Both the position numbers and the translations under genes were made by a program. This document shows, piece by piece, positions 26,347 to 34,865 of a DNA stretch of 40,000 nucleotides. The notes below the pieces were generated by a model. That model had not been told where the DNA came from and made no database searches. It saw only the letters and a list, made by a program, of their open reading frames with translations. Positions within the stretch are counted from its first letter, which is position 1; every line of letters starts with the position of its first letter. Origin of the DNA: an uncultured Candidatus Peribacteria bacterium (GTDB lineage Bacteria > Patescibacteriota > Gracilibacteria > GCA-2401425); the NCBI GenBank assembly GCA_964466055.1, contig CAYXLW010000008.1, forward strand, positions 820-40,819, read 5' to 3'.

Positions 26347-27716
26347 GACACCACTTTTTATAGTGTCTCATTTGTCTCATTTCTAATCTACATAACCATT
26401 GTTGTAACGATCGGCGTTGTATCATCACGAAAAGAAACCGAAGAGGATTTTATGATTGCCAATCGGAAAGTTTCGGGTGTACAGATTGCCGCAACTATGA
26501 GTGCGGGCTTTTTTGACGGAGCAGTTCTTTCTATTTATTTGGCTTACATCTATCAATACGGTATGTCGGCGACGTGGATGTTTGTCGGATTGGCAATTGG
26601 GTTTATTTTACTTCGCAAGCGTTACGCACTCATCATTAAACGCAAGGCTGATGAAGTACAGGCATACACAATGCCAGAATATTTTTTCAAAATATTTGGT
26701 AAACATAATATGGATTAATGTTTTCTTTTTTATTGGTGTTCCAATATTTTTTGTTGATGATAGTCAACTTTATTATCGCTGGGAAATTATTATCTCTTAT
26801 TTTTCCTTTGCCATATTACCTTTCTGTAATTATCGGTGGAGTAGTTATTCTTTCTTATTTGCTATTAGCAGGATTCAAGGCAGTAATTAAAACCGATTTT
26901 TTCCAGGTGATGATAATGTTTGTTATGAGCCTGACCGTAGCTATTTTTCTGTTTGGTAAAACTTCAATCCCCATGTCGGAATTTAATCCGATTACACTCG
27001 GAGTTGGTAACTTAATCGGATTTTTATTATTAGGAAGTATAGGAATTTTAGTGGCACCGGACTTATGGCAACGTATTTTTGTGACAAAAGATGAAACAAA
27101 TCTCAAACGTGGACTTGGATATTCGGCAGTAATTTTGCCACTTTTGTCCATCATTATAAGTATTGTTGGTTTAGCGACAAAACAATTTTTTCCTAATATT
27201 TTACCAGAAGATGCGTTAATCACTGGTTTTTCAAAATTATTACCGTTTGGACTAAAGGAATTTGGCATGGTACTACTTTATGCTGTCGCACTTTCATCGT
27301 CTGATACTATTACTTTTACGATTTCTTCTATCTTCACACGCGACTTAAAAAATTACACCAAAAAATACAGCGAAGAATCCATGAAAAAATTAACAAGATT
27401 TTTTATGTTGTTGTTTGTCTTTGTAACTATAATTATTGCGATAGCCTACCAAAATATAATTACTCTTGGACTATCAATGAGTAGTTTGTCTTTAGCTTTA
27501 TTTCCTGTTATTTTCGGGTCATTTTATTGGAAACTCAATGAAAGAGCAGTATTTTGGAGTCTGTTTTTATCTTTTGTAAGTGTTATAATTATTTTTATTT
27601 CCGACAAAGTTACCCCTGAGAATGCAGCAATTTCTTTGCCAGTAGCCCTAATAACCCTGTTTGTTTTCCATAAAATATTTAGTCGGAAAAAATTGACTGT
27701 TGCATCAAGCCAATAA
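26347..27716 (+). pseudogene. Sodium:solute symporter (SSS) family transporter, disrupted: no canonical start and a frameshift near 26700-26717
   Basis: The frame opens after the TAA at 26344 with ..FLIYITIVVTIGVVSSRKETEEDFMIANRKVSG.. (SSS TM1 plus the R motif) but has no ATG/GTG/TTG before TM1. The reading frame changes at ..FGKHNMD* / MFSFLL..., and the TM-rich SSS-like sequence then continues to 27716. Confidence 0.6.
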
Positions 27717-27775
27717 GGGGTTTTGGGCTTCGGGCATTTTACCCCTTTAATTCCCCTTTGCCCTTCGCCCAAAAC
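27715..27775. terminator. GC-rich structured intergenic element between convergent genes (probable bidirectional terminator)
   Basis: AAGGGG(27715-27720) pairs with CCCCTT(27742-27747), and TTTTGGGC(27721-27728) with GCCCAAAA(27767-27774). T- and A-runs flank it. Confidence 0.4.
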
Positions 27776-27787
27776 AAAAAACAAAAT

Positions 27788-28078
27788 TTATAAAACATTC
27801 TTAACTAAAAATTGATTGTTTGCTTCTCCTTGTTGTGAAGCATCAAGCATTTTTTGCATTTTCTCGTCAGGCTGTGGAACAACCTTATCTTCTCTTATAA
27901 CGTGCTCTAACCCTGTAACTTGATAAATTGGAGCTACTCCTGTTACATCAATTTCATTAAGTTTTTCAGCATGCTCTAAAATAGCAGAAAGATCTTTTTG
28001 GTATCTTTTAATTTCTTCTTCTGTAAGTTCTAACCGTGCCAATTTTGCAATTTTTATAACTTCCTCTCTTGTTAACAT
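27788..28078 (-). CDS. gatC: Glu/Asp-tRNA amidotransferase subunit C
   Basis: MLTREEVIKIAKLARLELTEEEIKRYQKDLSAILEHAEKLNEIDV is the typical GatC sequence, and the protein is 96 aa. Confidence 0.85.
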   Translation of the reverse strand: MLTREEVIKIAKLARLELTEEEIKRYQKDLSAILEHAEKLNEIDVTGVAPIYQVTGLEHVIREDKVVPQPDEKMQKMLDASQQGEANNQFLVKNVL

Positions 28079-28173
28079 AAGAATAAATTTTATGAATTAT
28101 TTAATTTATTAAAGTTTAAAACTATCTAATTTATTTGCTTTTTATACGGGAATTGTAATAAAATTTTCATACA

Positions 28174-28470
28174 ATGGAAAGTATAAAGAACATATATTTG
28201 GTTTCTAAATTTCTTTTTTTTAGCACGGGAAGTGTAATTTTTCTTCTAGCCTTTTTTTTAAGAAATGGATTTTTTACACATTACTCAAAATTTGGAATAC
28301 TCATTTTAGATGTACCTTTTCTTTTTTTTGGGCTTGTGTACCTTCTATCAAATATAAAAAAAGAAGAAGAGGAATATAATTCAGTAATGGAGGGGTTTAT
28401 TTCATTTTTTGGAATACTAATCTTTGCACTTATAGTATTTTTTCACTTTGCTTTTCCCGATTTAATCTAA
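28174..28470 (+). CDS. Small membrane protein (3 TM), unknown function
   Basis: A 98-aa ORF with three hydrophobic helices. Its 3' 178 nt are duplicated at 29397-29574. Confidence 0.5.
   Translation: MESIKNIYLVSKFLFFSTGSVIFLLAFFLRNGFFTHYSKFGILILDVPFLFFGLVYLLSNIKKEEEEYNSVMEGFISFFGILIFALIVFFHFAFPDLI
28292..28469 (+). repeat. 178-bp direct repeat, copy 1 (3' part of the 28174-28470 gene)
   Basis: Aligns without gaps to 29397-29574 with 11 mismatches. Confidence 0.85.
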
Positions 28471-28476
28471 AATTAG

Positions 28477-29370
28477 TCATTTCTCGCACTTTTTTATTCC
28501 AATAGTTATTTTTGCGCCATTATTTGCTTCATGTTTTTCTTTTAGCCTAGGATTGTAGCTATTATCAAGTCCGCCATTATGTTCTGCCTTAACTATTATT
28601 CCTCTTTCGTCAGTATCTCTTAGACCCGATCCTGTGCCCTTTGTAGTTTCTCCTTTATTGAAAATTGTACTAGCATCAGGAAATTTAGTTACATCGATTC
28701 CTTTCCCATTATCTAAAAAGGAAATATAAATCATGTCATCATATTCAACAACTTCAATTAATTGGCTTGTTGCTAATCCGTGTTTGTAAGAATTTTTTAA
28801 TATATTTAAAATTAATATTGAGATATCTCCAATATTTCCTGATATTTTAGTATTATTTGGAATATTATCGATATTAATATTTAATTTATAATCCAAATCT
28901 CTTTGCTGAGAAGCATATAGTTTGCTTATCGTTGTCATCAAATCGTTTAAATTAACGGTCTTCTTATTATTTTGTATTTCTTGTTCTATGATATCGTCAT
29001 CAAGGAATATAATTAAACTTTCTATAAAACTCCTTATAAGAAAAAAATATAACTTTATTTCATTACAAACTTCAATATCCTGACTTTCTTCTATATTTTT
29101 ACAAAGCATTTCAGTTCTGCTTATATCCATATTGATATCATGATCATATAAAGGATAGACAATATCTTTAAAAGAGAACGCAATAAATTCTAATATGAGA
29201 GAAACTTTCTCTTTAATAAATATACTAATTTTTTCAATATTAGATTTAATTTTTTCTGCTTCAGTATTCTCTAATGTGGTCAATTTTTCTTTGATATCAA
29301 GAATAATGTCCCAATAAGGTTTACTTATTACAGTCAGTTTTTCATTTAAAAAATTTAAAGATGTAGTCAT
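28477..29370 (-). CDS. Orphan GHKL/HATPase_c-domain protein (histidine-kinase-like ATPase) without a recognisable H-box or sensor TM
   Basis: Has an N-box ILNILKNSYKHG, G1 LDNGKGI and G2 TKGTGSGL. There is no HE..PL-type phospho-acceptor motif, no TM segment and no neighbouring response regulator. Confidence 0.6.
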   Translation of the reverse strand: MTTSLNFLNEKLTVISKPYWDIILDIKEKLTTLENTEAEKIKSNIEKISIFIKEKVSLILEFIAFSFKDIVYPLYDHDINMDISRTEMLCKNIEESQDIEVCNEIKLYFFLIRSFIESLIIFLDDDIIEQEIQNNKKTVNLNDLMTTISKLYASQQRDLDYKLNINIDNIPNNTKISGNIGDISILILNILKNSYKHGLATSQLIEVVEYDDMIYISFLDNGKGIDVTKFPDASTIFNKGETTKGTGSGLRDTDERGIIVKAEHNGGLDNSYNPRLKEKHEANNGAKITIGIKKCEK

Positions 29371-29396
29371 TTGATCGTTAAATTAATTTAGGGGAA

Positions 29397-29574
29397 TTGG
29401 AATACTCATTTTAGATCTACCTTTTCTTTTTTTTGGACTTGTCTATCTTCTATCAAATATAAAAAAAGAAGAAGAAGAATATAATTCAGTAATGGAAGGA
29501 TTTATTTCATTTTTCGGAATACTAATATTTTCACTTATAGTATTTTTCCACTTTGCTTTTCCCGATTTAATCTA
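29397..29574 (+). repeat. 178-bp direct repeat, copy 2 (orphaned 3' gene segment, no start codon)
   Basis: It keeps the open frame GILILDLPFLFFGLVYLL...FAFPDLI*. An in-frame TAA precedes it, and its stop overlaps the stop of the convergent carbamoyltransferase gene (CTAG). Confidence 0.85.
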
Positions 29575-31335
29575 GTCTAATTCAAATTGTCCAATATATT
29601 TTTCTTTTAATTCAGAATCTATAAATCGTAGATTTTCTTTTTTATCTAATAAAAAATTCTCCATAACTAAATAATCCATTTCTGTGTTTACAAAAGCCTG
29701 AAAAGCTTCTTTAGGAGTGTTTACCATAGGCTCACCTCTTACATTAAAAGACGTATTAATAACGACTCCGCATCCAGTGAGCTTTTCAAATTCTTTTATA
29801 AGTTCATAATATTTTAGATTTTGCTCTTTGTTCACAGACTGGATTCTTGCAGAGTTATCAACGTGGGTAACAGCAGGAATATTTTTAGTTTTTACAGGAG
29901 CAGTTAAAAGCATATAAGGACTTACTTTTTCTAGGTCAAAATAATCTTTTATTCTTTCTTCTAACACGCTAGGAGCAAAAGGTCTAAAGCTTTCCCTAAA
30001 CTTAACTTTTAAGTTCACTTTTTTCCAATTATCTTTGTTCCTAGCATCAGCAATAATTGAACGGTTTCCAAGGGCTCTTGGTCCAAATTCAGATCTATTT
30101 TGAAACCAACCAACAACATTTTCCCCATTTATCAGTTTAGCTACTTCCTTACAGCATTCTTCAGAATTCTTAAATTTTTTATACTTGATTTTCTTTGATT
30201 CTAAAAATTCATGTATCTTTTCTTCACTAAAACTTGGTCCTAGATATGGTGAAAAATAATTTAATGGATTCCATTGAATTTGTTCGTTTTTATACCAATA
30301 ATAAAGTGCTGCCCCCAATGCTCCTCCTGCATCTCCTGAAGCAGGTTGAATATATATATTCTTAAAAATTTGTGATTTTAAAATCTTGCCATTAGCAACG
30401 CAATTAAGTGCAACACCACCTGATATACATAAATTATCAAAATTTGTTATTTCTTTTGTGTGTATTGCAAGATTAAGAACTATCTCCTCAGTAATAGCTT
30501 GAAGTGATGAGGCAATATCAAAGTGTTTTTTATTTAACTTACCTTCCTGTTTTCTAGCAGGTTCATCAAATAATTTTTCTAAACTTCGACTGTACATTCT
30601 AAGTCCTTTTTCAAATTTAAAATACTTCATGTTCAATTTGAAAGAGCCATCTTCATATATATGAATCAACTTCTTCATTTTATCTAAATATTTAGGTTCT
30701 CCATAAGGAGCAAGCCCCATAACCTTATATTCAGCTGAATTCACCTTAAATCCTAAATATCCTGTTATTGTTGAATATAAAAGTCCCAAAGAATCTGGAT
30801 ATTCTATCTCTTTTAGCATCTCAATTTTACCATCTTTAAAAATTCCAATAGAAGTTGTTGCAAATTCTCCTACTCCATCAATTACTAAAATTGCGGATTC
30901 CTTAAATGGAGACGTATAAACGGAACTTGCAGCATGAGATATATGATGTTCAGAAAAGAATATTTTTTCCTCAGCGATATTTAAATATTTTTTTATTTTT
31001 GTTTTAATGAACAATTTATTTTTTAGCCAAATAGGAACTGCTTTTATAAATTGTAAAAATCCAAATGGCCATGTGCAAAGAAAGCTTTTTAAAATACGTT
31101 CAAATTTCAAAAATGGTTTTTCGTAAAAAACAACAGTATCAATATCTTCCATAGAGATTCCTGCATAATCCAAACAAAAATCTATCGCATTTTTTGGAAA
31201 AGATTCATCATGTTTTTTTCTTGTAAAACGTTCTTCCTGAGATGCGGAAATGATTTCTCCATCCTTAAGCAAAACTGCTGCACTGTCATGATAAAATGCC
31301 GATATTCCTAAAATATATTTTTCTTTTTTGATCAT
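29572..31335 (-). CDS. Carbamoyltransferase (NodU/CmcH/TobZ family)
   Basis: ILGISAFYHDSAAVLLKDGEIISASQEERFTRKKHDESFP is the family N-terminal signature. The protein is 587 aa, with the C-terminal YrdC-like/Kae1-like arrangement typical of the family. Confidence 0.85.
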   Translation of the reverse strand: MIKKEKYILGISAFYHDSAAVLLKDGEIISASQEERFTRKKHDESFPKNAIDFCLDYAGISMEDIDTVVFYEKPFLKFERILKSFLCTWPFGFLQFIKAVPIWLKNKLFIKTKIKKYLNIAEEKIFFSEHHISHAASSVYTSPFKESAILVIDGVGEFATTSIGIFKDGKIEMLKEIEYPDSLGLLYSTITGYLGFKVNSAEYKVMGLAPYGEPKYLDKMKKLIHIYEDGSFKLNMKYFKFEKGLRMYSRSLEKLFDEPARKQEGKLNKKHFDIASSLQAITEEIVLNLAIHTKEITNFDNLCISGGVALNCVANGKILKSQIFKNIYIQPASGDAGGALGAALYYWYKNEQIQWNPLNYFSPYLGPSFSEEKIHEFLESKKIKYKKFKNSEECCKEVAKLINGENVVGWFQNRSEFGPRALGNRSIIADARNKDNWKKVNLKVKFRESFRPFAPSVLEERIKDYFDLEKVSPYMLLTAPVKTKNIPAVTHVDNSARIQSVNKEQNLKYYELIKEFEKLTGCGVVINTSFNVRGEPMVNTPKEAFQAFVNTEMDYLVMENFLLDKKENLRFIDSELKEKYIGQFELD

Positions 31336-31340
31336 AATTA

Positions 31341-31556
31341 TTAAAATTGTTCCTTAACATCCACAACTCTTTTATATTCTTTCCAATTTGTTATTTCTTT
31401 TTTCTTCCGAACTAACTTCAAGATTTTTAGAGGGATAGCAAAAAATGGAAACATAAGAAAATAAACCAAAAATAATATTATTCTTGTATTTATATACGCA
31501 AGAATTTCCGCAATTTGTAACCAATATTTTTTTAAAAAAAATAAAACCTTTTTCAT
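31341..31556 (-). CDS. Small membrane protein between the sigma factor and carbamoyltransferase genes (SxtJ-like, or a possible anti-sigma)
   Basis: A 71-aa ORF with a single long hydrophobic stretch, W.QIAEILAYINTRIILFLVYFLMFPFF. Its start overlaps the sigma factor stop. Confidence 0.4.
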   Translation of the reverse strand: MKKVLFFLKKYWLQIAEILAYINTRIILFLVYFLMFPFFAIPLKILKLVRKKKEITNWKEYKRVVDVKEQF

Positions 31557-32158
31557 TATTTTTTATCTTTTAAGTTACTGTTTTTATCTTCATAATGGTT
31601 TTCTAGCTTTTGAATAATTTCTTTTAATTTTGCGATAGCTCTACTCAATAATATTCGTATAGCTGTTTCAGATTTATCTAAAACGATTGCAATTTCTTTA
31701 TTTTGTAAATCATTAACGTACTTTAAAATAATAGCTTCACGCTGATTCTCTGGTAGTTGAACTAATGCTTTTTGTAATAAAACTTGATCGAAATAGCCAT
31801 TAGCAGATTCAGCAACATTAACTCTATCATCTTTAATTTCATCAACGAGTTCATCTATAGATATATTTTCCTTTCGTAAATAATCAATAACTGTGTTATT
31901 TGCAATACGGTATAACCAAGAAGAAAAAGGATATTTTGTTTTTTGATATTTATCAATGTTGTTCCATGCTTTGAAAAAAGCATCTTCTGTTAAATCTTCA
32001 GCTATTTCTTTGTGAGTTACTTTATAATATATAAAACGATATATATCTGTTAAATAAATATCATATATTTCCCCAAAAGCTTCAGTGTCTCCGTTCTGAA
32101 ATTTTTTTACGATGCCATCAATTTTTTTCTGATCCTTTTTTTCAGCCATAAATATCAC
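31556..32158 (-). CDS. RNA polymerase sigma-70 family factor (ECF-type, regions 2 and 4)
   Basis: Region 2 reads IYRFIYYKV...AEDLTEDAFFKAW...F.SWLYRIANNTVIDYLRK. Region 4 reads LPENQREAIILKYVNDLQNKEIAIVLDKSETAIRILLSRA. Confidence 0.8.
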   Translation of the reverse strand: MIFMAEKKDQKKIDGIVKKFQNGDTEAFGEIYDIYLTDIYRFIYYKVTHKEIAEDLTEDAFFKAWNNIDKYQKTKYPFSSWLYRIANNTVIDYLRKENISIDELVDEIKDDRVNVAESANGYFDQVLLQKALVQLPENQREAIILKYVNDLQNKEIAIVLDKSETAIRILLSRAIAKLKEIIQKLENHYEDKNSNLKDKK

Positions 32159-32330
32159 TGTTCAAAGTGAAAGCATTTTAAATAACTAGTAATAAATTGC
32201 AATTCTTATTCTTTATTTAAGAAGATAATATCTCTTTTTAATATTACAACGAAATAAAATAGAATCTATAACAAAAAAAACTTTTTTAACAAAATAGTAA
32301 TGATACAATATACATATAATATTTTTTCAA

Positions 32331-33107
32331 ATGAAAATTTTAAGTTGGAATGTAAATGGCATTCGTGCTGTTACTAAAAAGGGATTTTGGGATTGGCTCT
32401 TAAGAGAAAATGCCGATGTTATCTGTTTACAAGAAACAAAAGCACTAAAAGAGCAGGTATCCAACGATATTCAGTGCCCTCCTAATTATTATGCTATTTG
32501 GCATACAGGTAAGCCAGGATATGCAGGAACTTTAATATATTCCAGAGAAAAGCCAATATCTGAGAAAAATATTTTTGAAGAAATCCCTTATTTCCATGAA
32601 GATGGACGTGTTGTTGAAGTAAAATTTTTAAATTTTACGCTATTAAACATATATTTCCCAAATGGAGGAACTCGCGCTGACGGAAGAGAAATGCTTTCTT
32701 ATAAACTTAAATTTTATGAATATTTTTTGGGTTATATAAACGATTTGAGAGAAAAAGGGAAAAGTATAATTATTTGTGGAGATTTTAATATTTGTCATAC
32801 AGAGGTTGATATTGCCCGTCCAAAAGAAAATGAAAACTCAATTGGATTTCTGCCAATTGAAAGAAAAAAAATCTCGGAAATTATTAATAATGGATATATT
32901 GATGTTTTTAGATACCTTAACCCTGGAAAAAAAGATTCATATACATGGTGGTCTTATAGAGCTGGAGCAAGACCAAGAAACGTAGGATGGAGAATTGATT
33001 ATTTTTTCATTACCTCTGACTTAATATGCAAAGTTGAAAAAATAGAACATCAAACAGAAATAATGGGATCCGATCACTGCCCATTATGCTTGGAAATTAA
33101 TTTGTAA
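32331..33107 (+). CDS. xth: Exodeoxyribonuclease III
   Basis: Contains MKILSWNVNGIRA, LQETK, GDFN, WWSYR and GSDHCPL. Confidence 0.9.
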   Translation: MKILSWNVNGIRAVTKKGFWDWLLRENADVICLQETKALKEQVSNDIQCPPNYYAIWHTGKPGYAGTLIYSREKPISEKNIFEEIPYFHEDGRVVEVKFLNFTLLNIYFPNGGTRADGREMLSYKLKFYEYFLGYINDLREKGKSIIICGDFNICHTEVDIARPKENENSIGFLPIERKKISEIINNGYIDVFRYLNPGKKDSYTWWSYRAGARPRNVGWRIDYFFITSDLICKVEKIEHQTEIMGSDHCPLCLEINL

Positions 33108-33116
33108 ATAATTTTT

Positions 33117-33902
33117 ATGAAATATCCCAAAAGAGATCAAGGCTCTCACAAGGGGCAAAATGGTAAAATTCTAATTATTGGAGGGAATGAATTTTTCCAC
33201 GGCGCTCCAATTCTTACTGCAAGAGGAGCAGAAGCTTCTGGTTCTGATTTAATTTTTTTAGGAATCCCCAAAAAACACGCTGTGGTAGCAAGAATTGCTA
33301 GTGAAAATTTTATAGTTCATGAATTTAAAAAAGATTATTTTTCAGAACTTGATGTAAATCATTTTATTGAATTCGGAAACAGCATGTGTACAGCTTTTGT
33401 TATTGGAAACGGACTAGGAACTAAAAAAGATACACATAAATCTCTTATAAAATTTTTAGAAAACATAAAAATACCTGGGATTATAGATGCAGATGGACTT
33501 ATTCCAGAAGTTTTAAAAATAAAAAGGAAAAATGAATGGATATTTACTCCTCACTCAATAGAATTTGAAAGAATTTTTGGCATGAAAGATTCAAAGAATA
33601 ATATAAAAGAAATGTCTAAAAGGCACGATATCACCATTCTAAAAAAAGGTGTAGTTGATATTATAGCTTCAAAAAATAAGTATTTTGAAAACATAACAGG
33701 ATGTGCCGAAATGACAGTTGGAGGAAGTGGGGATGCCCTTGCTGGTGTTTGTGGAGCTCTTTTATCTCAAGGGCAAACACCTTTTGATTCAGCCAAAATT
33801 GCTGCCTATTTTTGGGGAAAAGCAGGGGAAAAAGTATTGAAAAACCAAAAATTCTTTAGTTCCAAAAATATATGTAAAATATTCCCAAAAACTATAAAAT
33901 AA
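33117..33902 (+). CDS. nnrD: ADP/ATP-dependent NAD(P)H-hydrate dehydratase (YjeF C-terminal family)
   Basis: Contains HKGQNGKILIIGG...GAPILTARGA, DADGL, ITPH and GGSGDALAGV. Confidence 0.8.
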   Translation: MKYPKRDQGSHKGQNGKILIIGGNEFFHGAPILTARGAEASGSDLIFLGIPKKHAVVARIASENFIVHEFKKDYFSELDVNHFIEFGNSMCTAFVIGNGLGTKKDTHKSLIKFLENIKIPGIIDADGLIPEVLKIKRKNEWIFTPHSIEFERIFGMKDSKNNIKEMSKRHDITILKKGVVDIIASKNKYFENITGCAEMTVGGSGDALAGVCGALLSQGQTPFDSAKIAAYFWGKAGEKVLKNQKFFSSKNICKIFPKTIK

Positions 33903-33949
33903 AAAAGAAAGCTAACGCACTCTTTTGTTATTTTTTATATTTTAACTTA

Positions 33950-34525
33950 TTAGTTTCGATTAACTATTCCTAAAGCATGTTTTTTATATATAGTCTCTTC
34001 AAGTCCTTCAACTGCGCTACGTATAAACTCTTTATCAACACCATTATTTTCATTTTCTTTATCAATCTCCTCAGTTATTTCTTTATGTTCAATTTCAATT
34101 CCTAATAATGAAGCTGCGAATGGCGCTTTTTCAAAAACGTTTCTTAAATTTACACTAAACGCAAGTGTTCCAACGGCGACAACTACTATAACAATAGTAT
34201 AAGCATGTTCGAAAAAATGAATAATTCCGCTTACCTTATGCTTCAATGATTTTTTTTCTTCAGATTTATTCTTAGCTTCAAGAAGGTTTTCATGGTACTT
34301 AATGCCTTCCTTTGTTATTTTGCAATGGAATCCTTTATTATCAGGAATTTCATCATTGTGGGTAATGTATTCTATTTCTGACAAATGATAAACAGCAGCT
34401 CGAAGTTCCTTAAACGATATTTTGCCTTCTAATTCGGACGATAGATTAACGTATCCTTTATCCCCACTTTCCAGTGATTCTATAAGTTGGTTTAAAATAA
34501 TCGATAGTGTTTTTGGTGTTGTCAT
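33950..34525 (-). CDS. Hypothetical membrane protein with a possible N-terminal winged-helix region
   Basis: A 191-aa ORF with a central TM (AYTIVIVVVAVGTLAFSV) and no diagnostic motif. Confidence 0.4.
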   Translation of the reverse strand: MTTPKTLSIILNQLIESLESGDKGYVNLSSELEGKISFKELRAAVYHLSEIEYITHNDEIPDNKGFHCKITKEGIKYHENLLEAKNKSEEKKSLKHKVSGIIHFFEHAYTIVIVVVAVGTLAFSVNLRNVFEKAPFAASLLGIEIEHKEITEEIDKENENNGVDKEFIRSAVEGLEETIYKKHALGIVNRN

Positions 34526-34865
34526 AGAGTTTAGAGTTATTTTTATATATGTAAATTATATCACTTTTTTAGAGTATGTCAATAATTTTTCATTGAACTA
34601 ATATTAAAAAAGGCAAGAAAAAAGCTAATTAATGTCTTTTTTTAGCCAAAAATAAAAATAAAAAAAGATTTTAAAATCATTATTATCAATAATTTGCTTT
34701 TTATTAAGAAGACTCTAAAATATATTTGATGAAACAATTAGCAAATAAATTTGGGGAAGGCTTTTATTGCTTTATATAACAAGCAAAGAGTATTTTTCAT
34801 TTTAATGCTTAAATTTCTTTGCTTAGATAAAAAAGCAAAGTCTTTTATTACTTAATCTTTTTATC

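Noticed and set aside
26501-27268. ORFs 26501-26890 (+) and 26855-27268 (-) within the symporter locus. The same applies to 27524-27784 (-).
   Set aside because: These are alternate-frame or antisense readings of the disrupted SSS gene and the GC-rich terminator region. None has independent support.
28292-29574. The 178-bp repeats as a diversity-generating retroelement template/variable repeat pair.
   Set aside because: The mismatches are not confined to adenine positions of either copy (the differences include G/C, C/T, T/C and G/T). They are mostly synonymous, and no reverse transcriptase is nearby.
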